A stretch of 50,073 nucleotides of DNA from an uncultured Spirochaetaceae bacterium (GCA_964616245.1 CAZTRQ010000003.1:1-50073); one strand, 5' to 3'; shown: positions 30,950 to 39,619, numbered from the stretch's first letter. The notes: generated by a model from the sequence alone, not told the origin. Made by a program: numbers and translations.

Positions 30950-33292
30950 CTATCCGCCGACCGGCTTGAGGTGGACGATCGTTTTTCCGTGACCACCTTG
31001 GTCCGGAGGGGCGTACTCGAAATCGAGAATATCTTCGTGCTCCTTCAACAGGCGGCGCACACCCTCCTGGAGAACACCGTTGCCCTTTCCGTGAACCACC
31101 GAAAACGCGGACGTTCCGCTTACCAGGGCGGCGTCGAGTTGCTGACGCATCTTCTTGAGGGCTTCGTCGAGGCGCTCCCCCCGGAGGTCTATCTGAAAGG
31201 GAACCGCCGTTCGGGGCGCCTCGACGTGCACCCTCCCGGTCGCGGGATGGGCGTTCCCCGCCGGATCGGGCAGGAGCTCCGACTCCTTTACGACAAACCG
31301 CAGGGAGCTCGTCTGGACGTACCAGCTCTTGCTCCCGGCGCGCTCCTTTAGGTAGCCCCGGACGCCGGTGGATTTCATTCTGACGGCTTCGCCGGGGGAA
31401 AAGGCGTGCTCCTGTTCTGCTCCCGCCTCCCGGGCCGCGAGCTTCTCCTCCCGTTCCCGGAGGGCGCCGGCGACTTCCTTAACGACCTCTCGCGCCTCGG
31501 AGACCGGGCGGCTCCTGCTGCTCTCGGACACGTCGCGAACCGTCCGTTCTATTTTTTTCCTGGCCTCCGAAAGGAAGCCTTCGAGGGCGTGCCGTTCCCG
31601 CTGGAGAAGCTCCCGCTCCCTGCCACTCAGCCGCTCTGCTTCCTCTGAGAGGCGCTCCCCCTCGCGCTGGAGAGCCAACTGTTCTTTACGAAGCTCGTCC
31701 TGGAGCTCCTCGACGGCAGCTTTCTGAGCGGCCAACGCGTTTATCAATCGGGTACCTTCGGTCTGCCCCTCCCGGACGTACTCCGCCGCGTTGTCGGTAA
31801 CCTCCTTCGGGACTCCGGTTCGCGCCGCGATTCTGATGGCGTGGCTCTCTCCGGGAATACCGATCCGCAAGCGGTAGGTAGGAACCAGGCGCGACTCGTC
31901 GAAGTCGACGCTGGCGTTAGTGCAGCCTCCCTCCCGATACGCGTAATGTTTGAGCGCCGTGTGATGGCTCGAAACGATAACCCAGGATCCCTCGGTCCGG
32001 AGACGATCGAGAATCGCCATCGCCAGAGCAGAGCCTTCCTCTGGGTCGGTTCCGGCACCGAGCTCGTCGAGAAGGACGAGGGTGTGGCCGCCGGCAGCCT
32101 CTAGAAGCGAGGCGATGGTGGTCATATGCCCCGAGAAGGTCGATAACGATTGAGAGATCGACTGCTCGTCGCCGATGTCCGCGTAGATCCCGTCGAACAC
32201 CGGGAGAACCGATTTTGGGTACACCGGCACGGGTATCCCGAACTGGCTCATTACCGCGAGAAGCCCCACCGTCTTGAGGGCGACGGTCTTTCCGCCGGTG
32301 TTCGGACCGGTGATGATGAGGATCCGCTTGCCCTCTTCGAAGAAGACCTCGATAGGTACGGCCGCGGATCCCAGGAGGGGGTGCCTGGCTCCCCGGAGCT
32401 CTATGGTCGGGCCGGCGTCGGGAAAAAGGGCGTCATGGATTCTGCCGTAACGTCCCCGGGCGGCAAGGGAGTCTATCCTCCCGAGAAGTGCAAACACCTG
32501 CCGCATCTGTGGGACGTCGCGCCGAACGCGGTCGCTCAGCTCCCGCAGGATCCGGTGGACCTCCGCCGCTATCTCGTCGAGGGCCCGGCGCACGAGGTTG
32601 TTCGTCTCCACGAGTTCGAAGGGCTCGATGTAGACTGTCTGCCCGGTGCTCGAGTGTTCGTGGACGATGCCCTTTACCGACCCCTGGTGGTTCGCCGAAA
32701 GGGGCAAGACGATTCTCCCATCCCGGACGACCGGTTGGTCCGATGTCCAGATCTGCCTCCGGGCCGGGTCTTGAATAAGGCGCTGGGCCTCCTTCTGCAG
32801 CGTTTTTCTGCTCCGGAGGAGGGTCTGCCGAAGCTGTTTGAGTGCAGGAACGGCAGCATCCTTGACCTCTCCGTCGTTGTCCAGGACGGCGCCGATCGCC
32901 TTGGTCGTTTCGGAAAGATCCGGAACGCCGGCAACGAGCGCCTGGAGCTCCGGCACGTCTTCCGCACCCCGGATTGCCGAGAAAACCCTGCGTGCCGTGG
33001 TTGCGAGGCGCCGGATCCCCGTCAGCTCCTGCCCATCGAGGACGGTGCCTTCTCTCTCGAGTCGTCTTAGGATCTCTTCTGGGTCGAGAAGAGGCGCCTC
33101 GGCGAAGGGATCCGGGGCGTCTTCGAGAGAGCGCCATTCGGTAACCTGGCGATGGAGTAGCAAGACCTCCTCGGTGGTAACCCGAGGGCTCTCCGAAGCA
33201 AGGTGCCGGGCCCCGGGCACCGTGGCACAGTACTCGAGAACCTCGTTGAGGATCCGGGAGAACTCGAGGACATCGAAGGTGTGCTGGTTCAC
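30950..33292 (-). CDS. mutS2: MutS2 (endonuclease / ribosome-collision rescue ATPase with Smr domain)
   Basis: Walker A GPNTGGKTV, Walker B LVLLDELGAGTDP, C-terminal Smr (IDLRGERLDEAL...VVHGKGNGVL). Trimmed from the track ORF to GTG 33292-33290 (VNQHTFDVLEF). That GTG shares one nt with the rsgA TAG and has GGGAGGAG 5 nt upstream. Product is 780 aa. Confidence 0.9.
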   Translation of the reverse strand: MNQHTFDVLEFSRILNEVLEYCATVPGARHLASESPRVTTEEVLLLHRQVTEWRSLEDAPDPFAEAPLLDPEEILRRLEREGTVLDGQELTGIRRLATTARRVFSAIRGAEDVPELQALVAGVPDLSETTKAIGAVLDNDGEVKDAAVPALKQLRQTLLRSRKTLQKEAQRLIQDPARRQIWTSDQPVVRDGRIVLPLSANHQGSVKGIVHEHSSTGQTVYIEPFELVETNNLVRRALDEIAAEVHRILRELSDRVRRDVPQMRQVFALLGRIDSLAARGRYGRIHDALFPDAGPTIELRGARHPLLGSAAVPIEVFFEEGKRILIITGPNTGGKTVALKTVGLLAVMSQFGIPVPVYPKSVLPVFDGIYADIGDEQSISQSLSTFSGHMTTIASLLEAAGGHTLVLLDELGAGTDPEEGSALAMAILDRLRTEGSWVIVSSHHTALKHYAYREGGCTNASVDFDESRLVPTYRLRIGIPGESHAIRIAARTGVPKEVTDNAAEYVREGQTEGTRLINALAAQKAAVEELQDELRKEQLALQREGERLSEEAERLSGRERELLQRERHALEGFLSEARKKIERTVRDVSESSRSRPVSEAREVVKEVAGALREREEKLAAREAGAEQEHAFSPGEAVRMKSTGVRGYLKERAGSKSWYVQTSSLRFVVKESELLPDPAGNAHPATGRVHVEAPRTAVPFQIDLRGERLDEALKKMRQQLDAALVSGTSAFSVVHGKGNGVLQEGVRRLLKEHEDILDFEYAPPDQGGHGKTIVHLKPVGG

Positions 33293-34230
33293 TAGGGCTC
33301 CTCCCGAGAGGCCGTCGCCTCCCGGTCCTCCGTCGCGAGTCGGTAGCTCTGGTAGCGATCCAGATTGATATCGCCCTGCTCCATGGCGCGTATTACTGCG
33401 CACCCCGGCTCCTGGCGGTGGGTACAGTTCGGATACGTGCACTCTCGGGAAAACTCTCGTATCTCCCGGTAGCCGTGGGAGATCTCGAGAATCGACAGAG
33501 GATAGAGGTCGAGCTCCCGAATGCCCGGGGTATCGACGATTCCACCGGTGCCGAAGGGATGGAGGATAGCAAAATTGGTGGTGTGACGTCCTCTCCGGTA
33601 CTTGACCGAAACATCACCGACCCGTTGGTTTGCTTCCGGAAGAAGCCGGTTCAACAGGCTGCTCTTTCCGACACCGGAGTGACCGAGGAACAGAAGCGTC
33701 TCGTGCCGCGCCATCTCCGACAGGCGATCGACTCCGGAACCCTCTTTCGCCGAGGTAAGGATTACCTGATAGTCGAGGGCGCGATAGTCGGCAATGCGTT
33801 CCTCCGCCCCGGGGTCCATGCCGAGATCGACCTTGTTGACGACAACCGTCGCTTCGATTGCCTCGTGTTCGCAGAGGGCGAGGGCACGATCGACAAACCG
33901 GGGGCGGAAGGGGGGCGTCCCGGTGCAGGAAATAACCACTACGCGGTCGAGGTTGGTGCCTAACACCTGGAGACGGTGCCGTTTTCGGTTCCACCGGGAG
34001 AGAGAGTTCCGGCGGGGCCGTCTGGCGACGATCATCCCCTCGCTTCCGGATTCTTCGACTTCGACGATGTCCCCGGGGGCTAAGGGGCTGTATTCCCCCT
34101 CGGCGTCTTGGAGAACCTTTCCTTTGATCCGGGACCGCAACACCTCGGGCTCGGCTTCCGGGGCTCCGAAGAGCGATACCGCGTAGATATTGTTGATCCC
34201 GAAGAGGATCCTCCCTTCCCGGCTGCTCAT
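33292..34230 (-). CDS. rsgA: Ribosome small-subunit biogenesis GTPase RsgA
   Basis: Circularly permuted GTPase: VVNKVDL (G4) precedes GHSGVGKSSLLNRL (G1). C-terminal zinc cluster CTYPNCTHRQEPGC. Trimmed to ATG 34230 (MSSREGRILFG), which lies in an ATGA overlap with the murI stop. Product is 312 aa. The 199-codon upstream extension in the track is Arg/Gly/Pro-rich and overlaps murI. Confidence 0.9.
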   Translation of the reverse strand: MSSREGRILFGINNIYAVSLFGAPEAEPEVLRSRIKGKVLQDAEGEYSPLAPGDIVEVEESGSEGMIVARRPRRNSLSRWNRKRHRLQVLGTNLDRVVVISCTGTPPFRPRFVDRALALCEHEAIEATVVVNKVDLGMDPGAEERIADYRALDYQVILTSAKEGSGVDRLSEMARHETLLFLGHSGVGKSSLLNRLLPEANQRVGDVSVKYRRGRHTTNFAILHPFGTGGIVDTPGIRELDLYPLSILEISHGYREIREFSRECTYPNCTHRQEPGCAVIRAMEQGDINLDRYQSYRLATEDREATASREEP

Positions 34231-35030
34231 AGCTGCCCCCGGAGGGAAAGGGAGAACCGCTCTGCGGCATCCCGGTAGAGGGAATCGGGGACTTCGGCCC
34301 CCGTGACGATAAGCACGTCGGCGCCCCGGGGGGCCGCTTGAGGAGCACCGGCGGGGGCAGTCTCGGAACAGACCCGCCCGATCTGCCTCGCCACACCTTC
34401 GACCGAGTCGACGATCCGCACCTTTCCATCCAAGAGTCGCTCCATGTAGGGCCGGAGAAACACGAAGTGAGTACACCCGAGAACCACCGCGTCGGTCCGG
34501 TCGAGGTCGATAGACGCGAGTGCTTCCTCGGCGGCGGCGAGCCGCTCTTTCTCCGAGGCTGCCCCCCAGCGACGCTCGACGAAATCCACCGTCTCCCCGC
34601 TTTCGACACCGACAACCTTCCGGTCCGCGGCAAAGCGCTCGACGAGGTCCGCCACGTACTGTTCCTTGACGGTTCTCGAGGTGGCCAGGACGACGATATC
34701 CCGGCCCCCGGCGTGCTCCGCCGCCGGCTTGATGGCAGGGACGACCCCGACAAAGGGCACCGAAAAGCGCCGCCGAAGAGCTTCGAGGGCCACGACCGTC
34801 GCCGTATTGCAGGCGAGCACGATGCAAGAGGGATCGAAGCGACGGATAAGCTCCTCCACCCGCGTTTCGAGATGCTTGCGGAGCTCCTCCGGCTCTTTGG
34901 TTCCGAAGGGATAGAACTCCCGGTCGGCGAGGTAGACGAGGGAGTAGCCCTTCAGGTAGCCCCTGGCCGCCTCGAGATACGGGAGACCCCCGACCCCAGA
35001 GTCGAGAAAACAGACGGTCGGGTTACGCAT
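34227..35030 (-). CDS. murI: Glutamate racemase
   Basis: Motifs FLDSGVGGLPY, LACNTATV, LGCTHF. I prefer ATG 35030 (MRNPTVCFLDSGVGG) over the track TTG at 35054. Confidence 0.9.
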   Translation of the reverse strand: MRNPTVCFLDSGVGGLPYLEAARGYLKGYSLVYLADREFYPFGTKEPEELRKHLETRVEELIRRFDPSCIVLACNTATVVALEALRRRFSVPFVGVVPAIKPAAEHAGGRDIVVLATSRTVKEQYVADLVERFAADRKVVGVESGETVDFVERRWGAASEKERLAAAEEALASIDLDRTDAVVLGCTHFVFLRPYMERLLDGKVRIVDSVEGVARQIGRVCSETAPAGAPQAAPRGADVLIVTGAEVPDSLYRDAAERFSLSLRGQL

Positions 35031-35346
35031 CGGCCGACGAATCGCCCCCGCCAAAGAGGGAGTCGAAGCTCTTGCGCGCCTCTTGTTTCTTTTCTCCGCT
35101 CTTGGGTATTCCCGGCGCTAAGCCGGAGTCGTTGCCCCGAAGCACGAAATAGTCGCAAAAATTGGCGCGGTCCTTCTCTCGAACCTCCTCGGGAATGGTC
35201 TCCCGACACTGCCAGTGGGACGAAGGATCGTAGAATCGGCAGTTGAGACAGACCTTTGCGTCGGCCCCGCAGTGGGGACAGAGACTGTTGCGGTAAACCC
35301 GTCCGATGTCGTCGAGAGAACCGCCGCAGCTGAAGCAGTACGCCAT
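35023..35346 (-). CDS. Zinc-ribbon protein, function unknown
   Basis: 107 aa. Cys pairs CFSC...CPHC...CLNC...C...C, then a low-complexity tail. ATG start. Overlaps the murI start by 8 nt. First gene of the operon. Confidence 0.65.
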   Translation of the reverse strand: MAYCFSCGGSLDDIGRVYRNSLCPHCGADAKVCLNCRFYDPSSHWQCRETIPEEVREKDRANFCDYFVLRGNDSGLAPGIPKSGEKKQEARKSFDSLFGGGDSSADA

Positions 35347-35352
35347 ACCTCG

Positions 35353-35381
35353 ATACTATTCTCCCGACTCCGTCGGCGCAA
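35353..35381 (-). promoter_or_regulatory. Candidate promoter of the zinc-ribbon/murI/rsgA/mutS2 operon with leaderless-type geometry (TTGCGC-N17-TAGTAT-N6-ATG)
   Basis: -10 at 35353-35358 lies only 6 nt from the ATG (35346-35344). No usable SD in between. Confidence 0.3.
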
Positions 35382-35435
35382 GCGTCGCACGCGTAGCCCC
35401 CTTGTACCGCCGGACCGTAGAAGCTACGCTAAGGC

Positions 35436-36035
35436 GTGTTTTCTCGGGTAATCTGCGACCATCCGGGGTGTAACCGCTCTCGGGTTCTCGACCGCAACTA
35501 CTGCTTTTTCCACGCCCCGGATCAGGCGGCGCTTACCTCGGAAATACACGACCTTCTCTCCCACAACGACGACTTCTTAGATCTCAACATTCCCTACGTA
35601 ACGCTCTCGGGTCTATCGCTTACCGATAAGCAGTTCGTCGCCTGCAATTTTAGCCAGGTCGTCCTGACCGACTGCGACTTCTCGAGGAGTCTGTTTAAGC
35701 TCTGTTTCTTCGATCACGCCGACATCTCTTCCGTCCTCTTTCGTGATGCGGAGCTACAGAACTGCGTGTTCGCCGCCTCACGATTTCGAGAAACCACGTT
35801 TCGGGGCGCCGCTGTTATTCAGTGCAACTTCAACGGTAGCGACCTTAGGGACACGGATTTCTGCGACGCCGATCTTCTCCATAGCCGCTTCGTCTCCTGT
35901 CACTTGAATCGCGTCGGGTTCGAAAACTCTAACGTCAAGCAAGTGTTCTACGTCGCGAGTAGCCGAGAGGACGTGTCGTTTAAGTTCTCCAACGCCGAAG
36001 AAGCACACTTCGAGCTCCCGGGAAGCGACCGGTGA
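35436..36035 (+). CDS. Pentapeptide-repeat protein with N-terminal Cys3His motif
   Basis: 199 aa. GTG is the first possible start after an in-frame TAA. Motif C7-x4-C12-x10-C23-x2-H26. It is followed by roughly 130 aa of A(D/N)LxX-type repeats (ACNFSQVVLTDCDFSRSLFKLCFFDHADISSVLFRDAELQNCVF...). Confidence 0.75.
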   Translation: MFSRVICDHPGCNRSRVLDRNYCFFHAPDQAALTSEIHDLLSHNDDFLDLNIPYVTLSGLSLTDKQFVACNFSQVVLTDCDFSRSLFKLCFFDHADISSVLFRDAELQNCVFAASRFRETTFRGAAVIQCNFNGSDLRDTDFCDADLLHSRFVSCHLNRVGFENSNVKQVFYVASSREDVSFKFSNAEEAHFELPGSDR

Positions 36036-36607
36036 AAGTATTTACCCACTACTCGGTAGCCAATCTCGCGAACACCTTTCTTTTAGCTCCCGAAGGGCCC
36101 GGACCAGCCATTGCCGTCGATCCGGGAGTGCTCGACGTTCCGCTTCTACAATTGATCGAAGACCGGGGCTACTACATCAGCCATATTCTGGTCACCCATC
36201 CCGAGGAAACGCAGCTCCGGGGCATCAGGACGATTCTGCGCGTCTACGACGCGAAGATTTACGCCGCTACGCCCCGGGTTCTCTCCTTTCCGGCACATCG
36301 AGTGGAGGACGGCGACGTCTTGGACCTCGCCGGTTTCTCCGTCGAGGTAATATCGGTTCCATCCTACCTGCGGGACGCGGTGGTCTACCGAATAAACCAC
36401 GTCCTTTTCCCTGGGCGCGTCTTGAGCGCCGGCGTAATCGGGGAGGTAGCGAATCCCTACGTCCGTTCGCTCTTGGTTGGACTCGTCAGGCGAAAGCTGC
36501 TCTCCCTTCCGCCGGAAACCTTGGTGTTCCCGTTCCTCGGACCTCCGACCACCATCGGAATCGAATCGGAAACCAACCCGGACCTTACCCAGCCCATTGT
36601 CCGATAG
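36032..36607 (+). CDS. MBL-fold protein of the YcbL/glyoxalase-II type lacking the metal ligands (probable pseudo-enzyme)
   Basis: 191 aa. GTG start in a GTGA overlap with the upstream stop. Aligns end to end by eye with YcbL-like proteins. HxHxDH is HPEETQ, PGH is PSY, GD is GR and PGHG is PFLG. Confidence 0.8.
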   Translation: MKVFTHYSVANLANTFLLAPEGPGPAIAVDPGVLDVPLLQLIEDRGYYISHILVTHPEETQLRGIRTILRVYDAKIYAATPRVLSFPAHRVEDGDVLDLAGFSVEVISVPSYLRDAVVYRINHVLFPGRVLSAGVIGEVANPYVRSLLVGLVRRKLLSLPPETLVFPFLGPPTTIGIESETNPDLTQPIVR

Positions 36608-36617
36608 TCGGCCACAC

Positions 36618-37514
36618 TTATTCGGCCACGGTCATTGCCCGAAACCAGTCGCGAAACCGCGTCGGCACCCGGGTAACGAATAGTCGAGGGCACTCCTCCG
36701 ACGGTAGACAGATCTTTAGAGAATAGGCATGCAGCATGAGTGTTCCGCCGGTCCGAGACCCGTAGACGTCGTCGCCGAGGATGGGATGGCCGAGATACTT
36801 CATGTGAACCCGGAGTTGGTGAGTCCTCCCGGTTTTCGGCCGCAACTCGACCAAGGTTCCCCCCGGGTAACGGCGGAGGACCCGAAGCCATGTTTCGGCG
36901 TGCTTTCCTCCGGATGGCACAACGGCAAAGCGCTGTCGCTGGGAGGGATCCCGGCCGAGGTAGCCGGACAGCTGTTTCTCTTTCCAGGGGGGGGAGCCGG
37001 ACACCAGAGCGAGGTAGCGTTTCTCTACCGTCCGCCGGGCAAACTGGGCCGCCAAGACAGAGTGGGCGGCGGGGTGTTTCGCGCAGATCATGACGCCGCT
37101 GGTTCCCCGGTCCAGGCGATGGACGATACCGGGCCGGAGCGACTCCCCGGCGAAAGTCTCCTTTAAATCCCGGTAGCGATAGAGAAGCCCCTGCACAAGG
37201 GTCGCCTCGGTGGTGCCGCTCCCGGGGTGCACCACCAGCCCCGACGGCTTGTCGATAACGAGCACGTCGGCGTCTTCGTAGAGAACGGTGAAGTCAACGG
37301 GCTGCGGCTCGAGGTCGATGGGCGGAAGCTCCTCGAAGCGAACCTCGACCTGGTCCCCTTCTTTGACCCGGTAGGACGGCTTTACCGGGCGCCCGTCGAC
37401 CCAGACCTCGGTCTGCCGTCGCCGGAGTTGGCTCCGGGGAAAGAGATCGAGGCCTTCGGCGACGAAACGGTCGACCCGCTCCCCTTCCCATTCCTCGTCG
37501 ACTGTCGTGGTCAC
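36618..37514 (-). CDS. rluD: RluA/RluD-family 23S rRNA pseudouridine synthase with S4 domain
   Basis: S4-like N-terminus (RVDRFVAEGL...VWVDGRPVKPSYRVKEGD) and catalytic HRLDRGTSGVMICAK. Trimmed to GTG 37514-37512, in a GTGA overlap with the upstream stop. Product is 298 aa. The track extension to 37988 is Arg/Gly/Pro-rich and overlaps two better ORFs. Confidence 0.85.
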   Translation of the reverse strand: MTTTVDEEWEGERVDRFVAEGLDLFPRSQLRRRQTEVWVDGRPVKPSYRVKEGDQVEVRFEELPPIDLEPQPVDFTVLYEDADVLVIDKPSGLVVHPGSGTTEATLVQGLLYRYRDLKETFAGESLRPGIVHRLDRGTSGVMICAKHPAAHSVLAAQFARRTVEKRYLALVSGSPPWKEKQLSGYLGRDPSQRQRFAVVPSGGKHAETWLRVLRRYPGGTLVELRPKTGRTHQLRVHMKYLGHPILGDDVYGSRTGGTLMLHAYSLKICLPSEECPRLFVTRVPTRFRDWFRAMTVAE

Positions 37515-37915
37515 GGTTCTTGCGATCTCCGCCCCTCCCGGCGACCGAGGGCGTAGTCTACCAGGGCGAACACGACGGAGACGACGGCGCTGGTTATCAG
37601 AATCGCCTCCTTCTCGTCCTGGCTGAACCGCTGGACCCCCGGCGGAGCAAAAAACCAAGGCGCCGCCTCCCGGTCGAACTCTCCTGCCTGGGCGCTCTTG
37701 ACGCCGAAACGAGCCAGGTCGTAGGTAAGCTGCGTAAGGATGAGGGAGACGGGAAAAACACCAAGGGCGATTATCTGCCCCCGCCGAAGATCCCGGGCCC
37801 AGCCGGGAAACTCCTCCGGCGAGTAGGGCTCCGGCGTAACCGGGTCCGACTGTCCCCAAGCCGAAGCGCCGAGAAAGGCAGCGAGAATTAGGAGAGCGAC
37901 GACCCGCTTCTTCAC
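37511..37915 (-). CDS. Small exported/membrane protein, function unknown
   Basis: 134 aa. Signal peptide MKKRVVALLILAAFLGASAWGQ, then two hydrophobic helices. GTG start in a GTGA overlap with the yggS stop; its own stop is in a GTGA overlap with rluD. Confidence 0.55.
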   Translation of the reverse strand: MKKRVVALLILAAFLGASAWGQSDPVTPEPYSPEEFPGWARDLRRGQIIALGVFPVSLILTQLTYDLARFGVKSAQAGEFDREAAPWFFAPPGVQRFSQDEKEAILITSAVVSVVFALVDYALGRREGRRSQEP

Positions 37916-38649
37916 TTCGGGCCCCGCGGACGGGAGCCGAAGAGTATGGTCCCGAGGCGCAGAAGCGTGCTCCCCTCTTCGACGGCAATTTCGAAGTCGT
38001 TACTCATGCCCATCGAGAGCTCGGTAAGGGGCAGTTCGGGGAACGCCGTCCGGAGGGTTTCGAAGCTCCGGCGAAGCTCAGCGAAGCTCTTTCGGAGTAT
38101 CCCTTCGTCGGGGGTAAAGGGCGCGATAGTCATCAATCCGACGACTCTGACGAAGGACATCCGGGCCACCTCTTCGGCATCCCGGAGGAGGGCGTCCAGG
38201 CTCCGGTAGCCGAACTTTGAGTCCTCCCCGCTGGTGTTTACCTCCAAGTAGATATCCAGTGGAGCAGCGGCGTCCGCGGCCCCGGCACCCTCCACAGGAT
38301 CCTGTCGAGCTCGGGAGACGGCCTCCTCCAGGGCTCGAGCAGTCCGGGTGCTGTCGATCGATTGAACCGCGGAAAAGAACCCGGGGACCATCGCCGCCTT
38401 GTTTCGCTGAAGGTGTCCGATGAGGTGAAGCTCGCTCTCCGCCGGCGGTCTCCCGAACTTCTCCCGGGCCTCTTGGACACGATTCTCTCCGAAGAGGCGT
38501 ATCCCGGACTGATAAGCTTCCTGCACCGCGGCGTAGCTCTGAGTCTTGGTGACGGCCATTAGTTGGATGACGTCGTCCCGACGGCCGGAACGTACCCGAG
38601 CCGCCTCCACGCGCTCCAAAACGTATTCTACATTCTCCCGAACCGACAT
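37912..38649 (-). CDS. yggS: YggS/PLPBP-family pyridoxal-phosphate homeostasis protein
   Basis: 245 aa. PLP-lysine context LMAVTKTQS, HLIGHLQRNK, LSMGMSNDFEIAVEEGST...LG. Confidence 0.85.
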   Translation of the reverse strand: MSVRENVEYVLERVEAARVRSGRRDDVIQLMAVTKTQSYAAVQEAYQSGIRLFGENRVQEAREKFGRPPAESELHLIGHLQRNKAAMVPGFFSAVQSIDSTRTARALEEAVSRARQDPVEGAGAADAAAPLDIYLEVNTSGEDSKFGYRSLDALLRDAEEVARMSFVRVVGLMTIAPFTPDEGILRKSFAELRRSFETLRTAFPELPLTELSMGMSNDFEIAVEEGSTLLRLGTILFGSRPRGPK

Positions 38650-38658
38650 CTGCCGTTA

Positions 38659-38704
38659 AGTCTACCCGTTTGCGTTGACGTGGCGCAAAGGGTGGGAGTA
38701 GATT
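38659..38704. promoter_or_regulatory. Overlapping divergent promoter candidates for yggS (minus) and pdxS (plus)
   Basis: Plus strand: TTGACG (38675-38680)-N18-TAGATT (38699-38704)-N9-ATG. Minus strand: TTGCGC (38683-38688)-N18-TAGACT (38659-38664)-N9-ATG. The layout is mirror-symmetric about the centre of the 64-nt spacer. Neither ATG has an SD. Confidence 0.3.
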
Positions 38705-38713
38705 TCAGCTGTA

Positions 38714-39619
38714 ATGAACAACGAACTTTGGTCGGAGCGACAAAAGTCGACGTGGCGGACGAAGGTCGGCCTCGCCGAGATGCTCAAGGGCGGCGTCATC
38801 ATGGACGTCACCACCGTAGAACAAGCGCAGATTGCCGCCGACGCCGGCGCCCAGGCCGTTATGGCCCTCGAGCGCGTCCCGGCGGACATTCGGGCCCAGG
38901 GCGGCGTCGCCCGAATGTCCGATCCGAAAATGATCCAGGAAATCCAGAAGGCGGTCACCATTCCGGTGATGGCCAAGTGCCGTATCGGACACTTCGTCGA
39001 GGCGCAGATCCTCGAAGCCCTCGGCGTCGACTTTATCGACGAGAGCGAAGTTCTTACCCCAGCGGACGAGACGAACCACGTTTGGAAGCACGAGTTTCGA
39101 TCCCCCTTCGTCTGCGGCTGCCGAGACCTCGGGGAAGCGCTGCGACGAATCGGCGAAGGTGCCGCAATGATCCGCACCAAGGGCGAAGCGGGAACCGGCG
39201 ACATCGTCGAGGCGGTACGTCATATCCGGACGGTGACCGGGGGCATTCGCCGCCTGACCGGCCTCGGGGAAGAGGAATTGATGCGGGAGGCGAAGGATCT
39301 CGGCGCCCCCTTCGAGCTGGTGCAGGAAGTTGCGAAGACCGGAAAGCTGCCGGTGCCTAACTTCTCCGCAGGAGGCGTCGCAACGCCCGCCGACGCGGCG
39401 CTGATGATGCAGCTTGGCGCGGAAGCGGTCTTTGTCGGTTCCGGCGTCTTTAAGTCAGATAACCCGGCAAAACGTGCCCGAGCCATCGTCGACGCCGTAG
39501 CCCACTACGACGACCCGAAGCGCCTCGCCGAGCTTTCGATGGACCTCGGCATCCCGATGTCGGGTATCAGCGTCGGGTCGATGCAGGAAACAGAGCGGAT
39601 AGCCGTTCGCGGGTGGTAA
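38714..39619 (+). CDS. pdxS: Pyridoxal 5'-phosphate synthase lyase subunit PdxS
   Basis: 301 aa. Motifs [35 protein letters not shown]. Confidence 0.96.
   Translation: MNNELWSERQKSTWRTKVGLAEMLKGGVIMDVTTVEQAQIAADAGAQAVMALERVPADIRAQGGVARMSDPKMIQEIQKAVTIPVMAKCRIGHFVEAQILEALGVDFIDESEVLTPADETNHVWKHEFRSPFVCGCRDLGEALRRIGEGAAMIRTKGEAGTGDIVEAVRHIRTVTGGIRRLTGLGEEELMREAKDLGAPFELVQEVAKTGKLPVPNFSAGGVATPADAALMMQLGAEAVFVGSGVFKSDNPAKRARAIVDAVAHYDDPKRLAELSMDLGIPMSGISVGSMQETERIAVRGW

Noticed and set aside
33293-33442. 50-codon extension of mutS2 upstream of the GTG start.
   Set aside because: It overlaps the rsgA C-terminus. The GTG at 33292 has a strong SD and yields the usual MutS2 N-terminus (xNQHTFDVLEF).
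34231-34827. 199-codon N-terminal extension of the rsgA ORF in the track.
   Set aside because: It is Arg/Gly/Pro-rich and overlaps murI out of frame. RsgA homologues are about 300 aa. An ATG in an ATGA junction with the murI stop gives a normal N-terminus.
36605-36629. Direct repeat TCGGCCAC (36608-36615 and 36622-36629) at the convergent MBL/rluD gene ends.
   Set aside because: It is a short 8-nt direct repeat that could arise by chance in GC-rich DNA. It forms no hairpin and has no associated element.
37515-37988. 158-codon N-terminal extension of the rluD ORF in the track.
   Set aside because: It is low-complexity Arg/Gly/Pro sequence overlapping the 134-aa membrane protein and yggS. The GTG at 37514 places the S4 domain at the N-terminus as expected.
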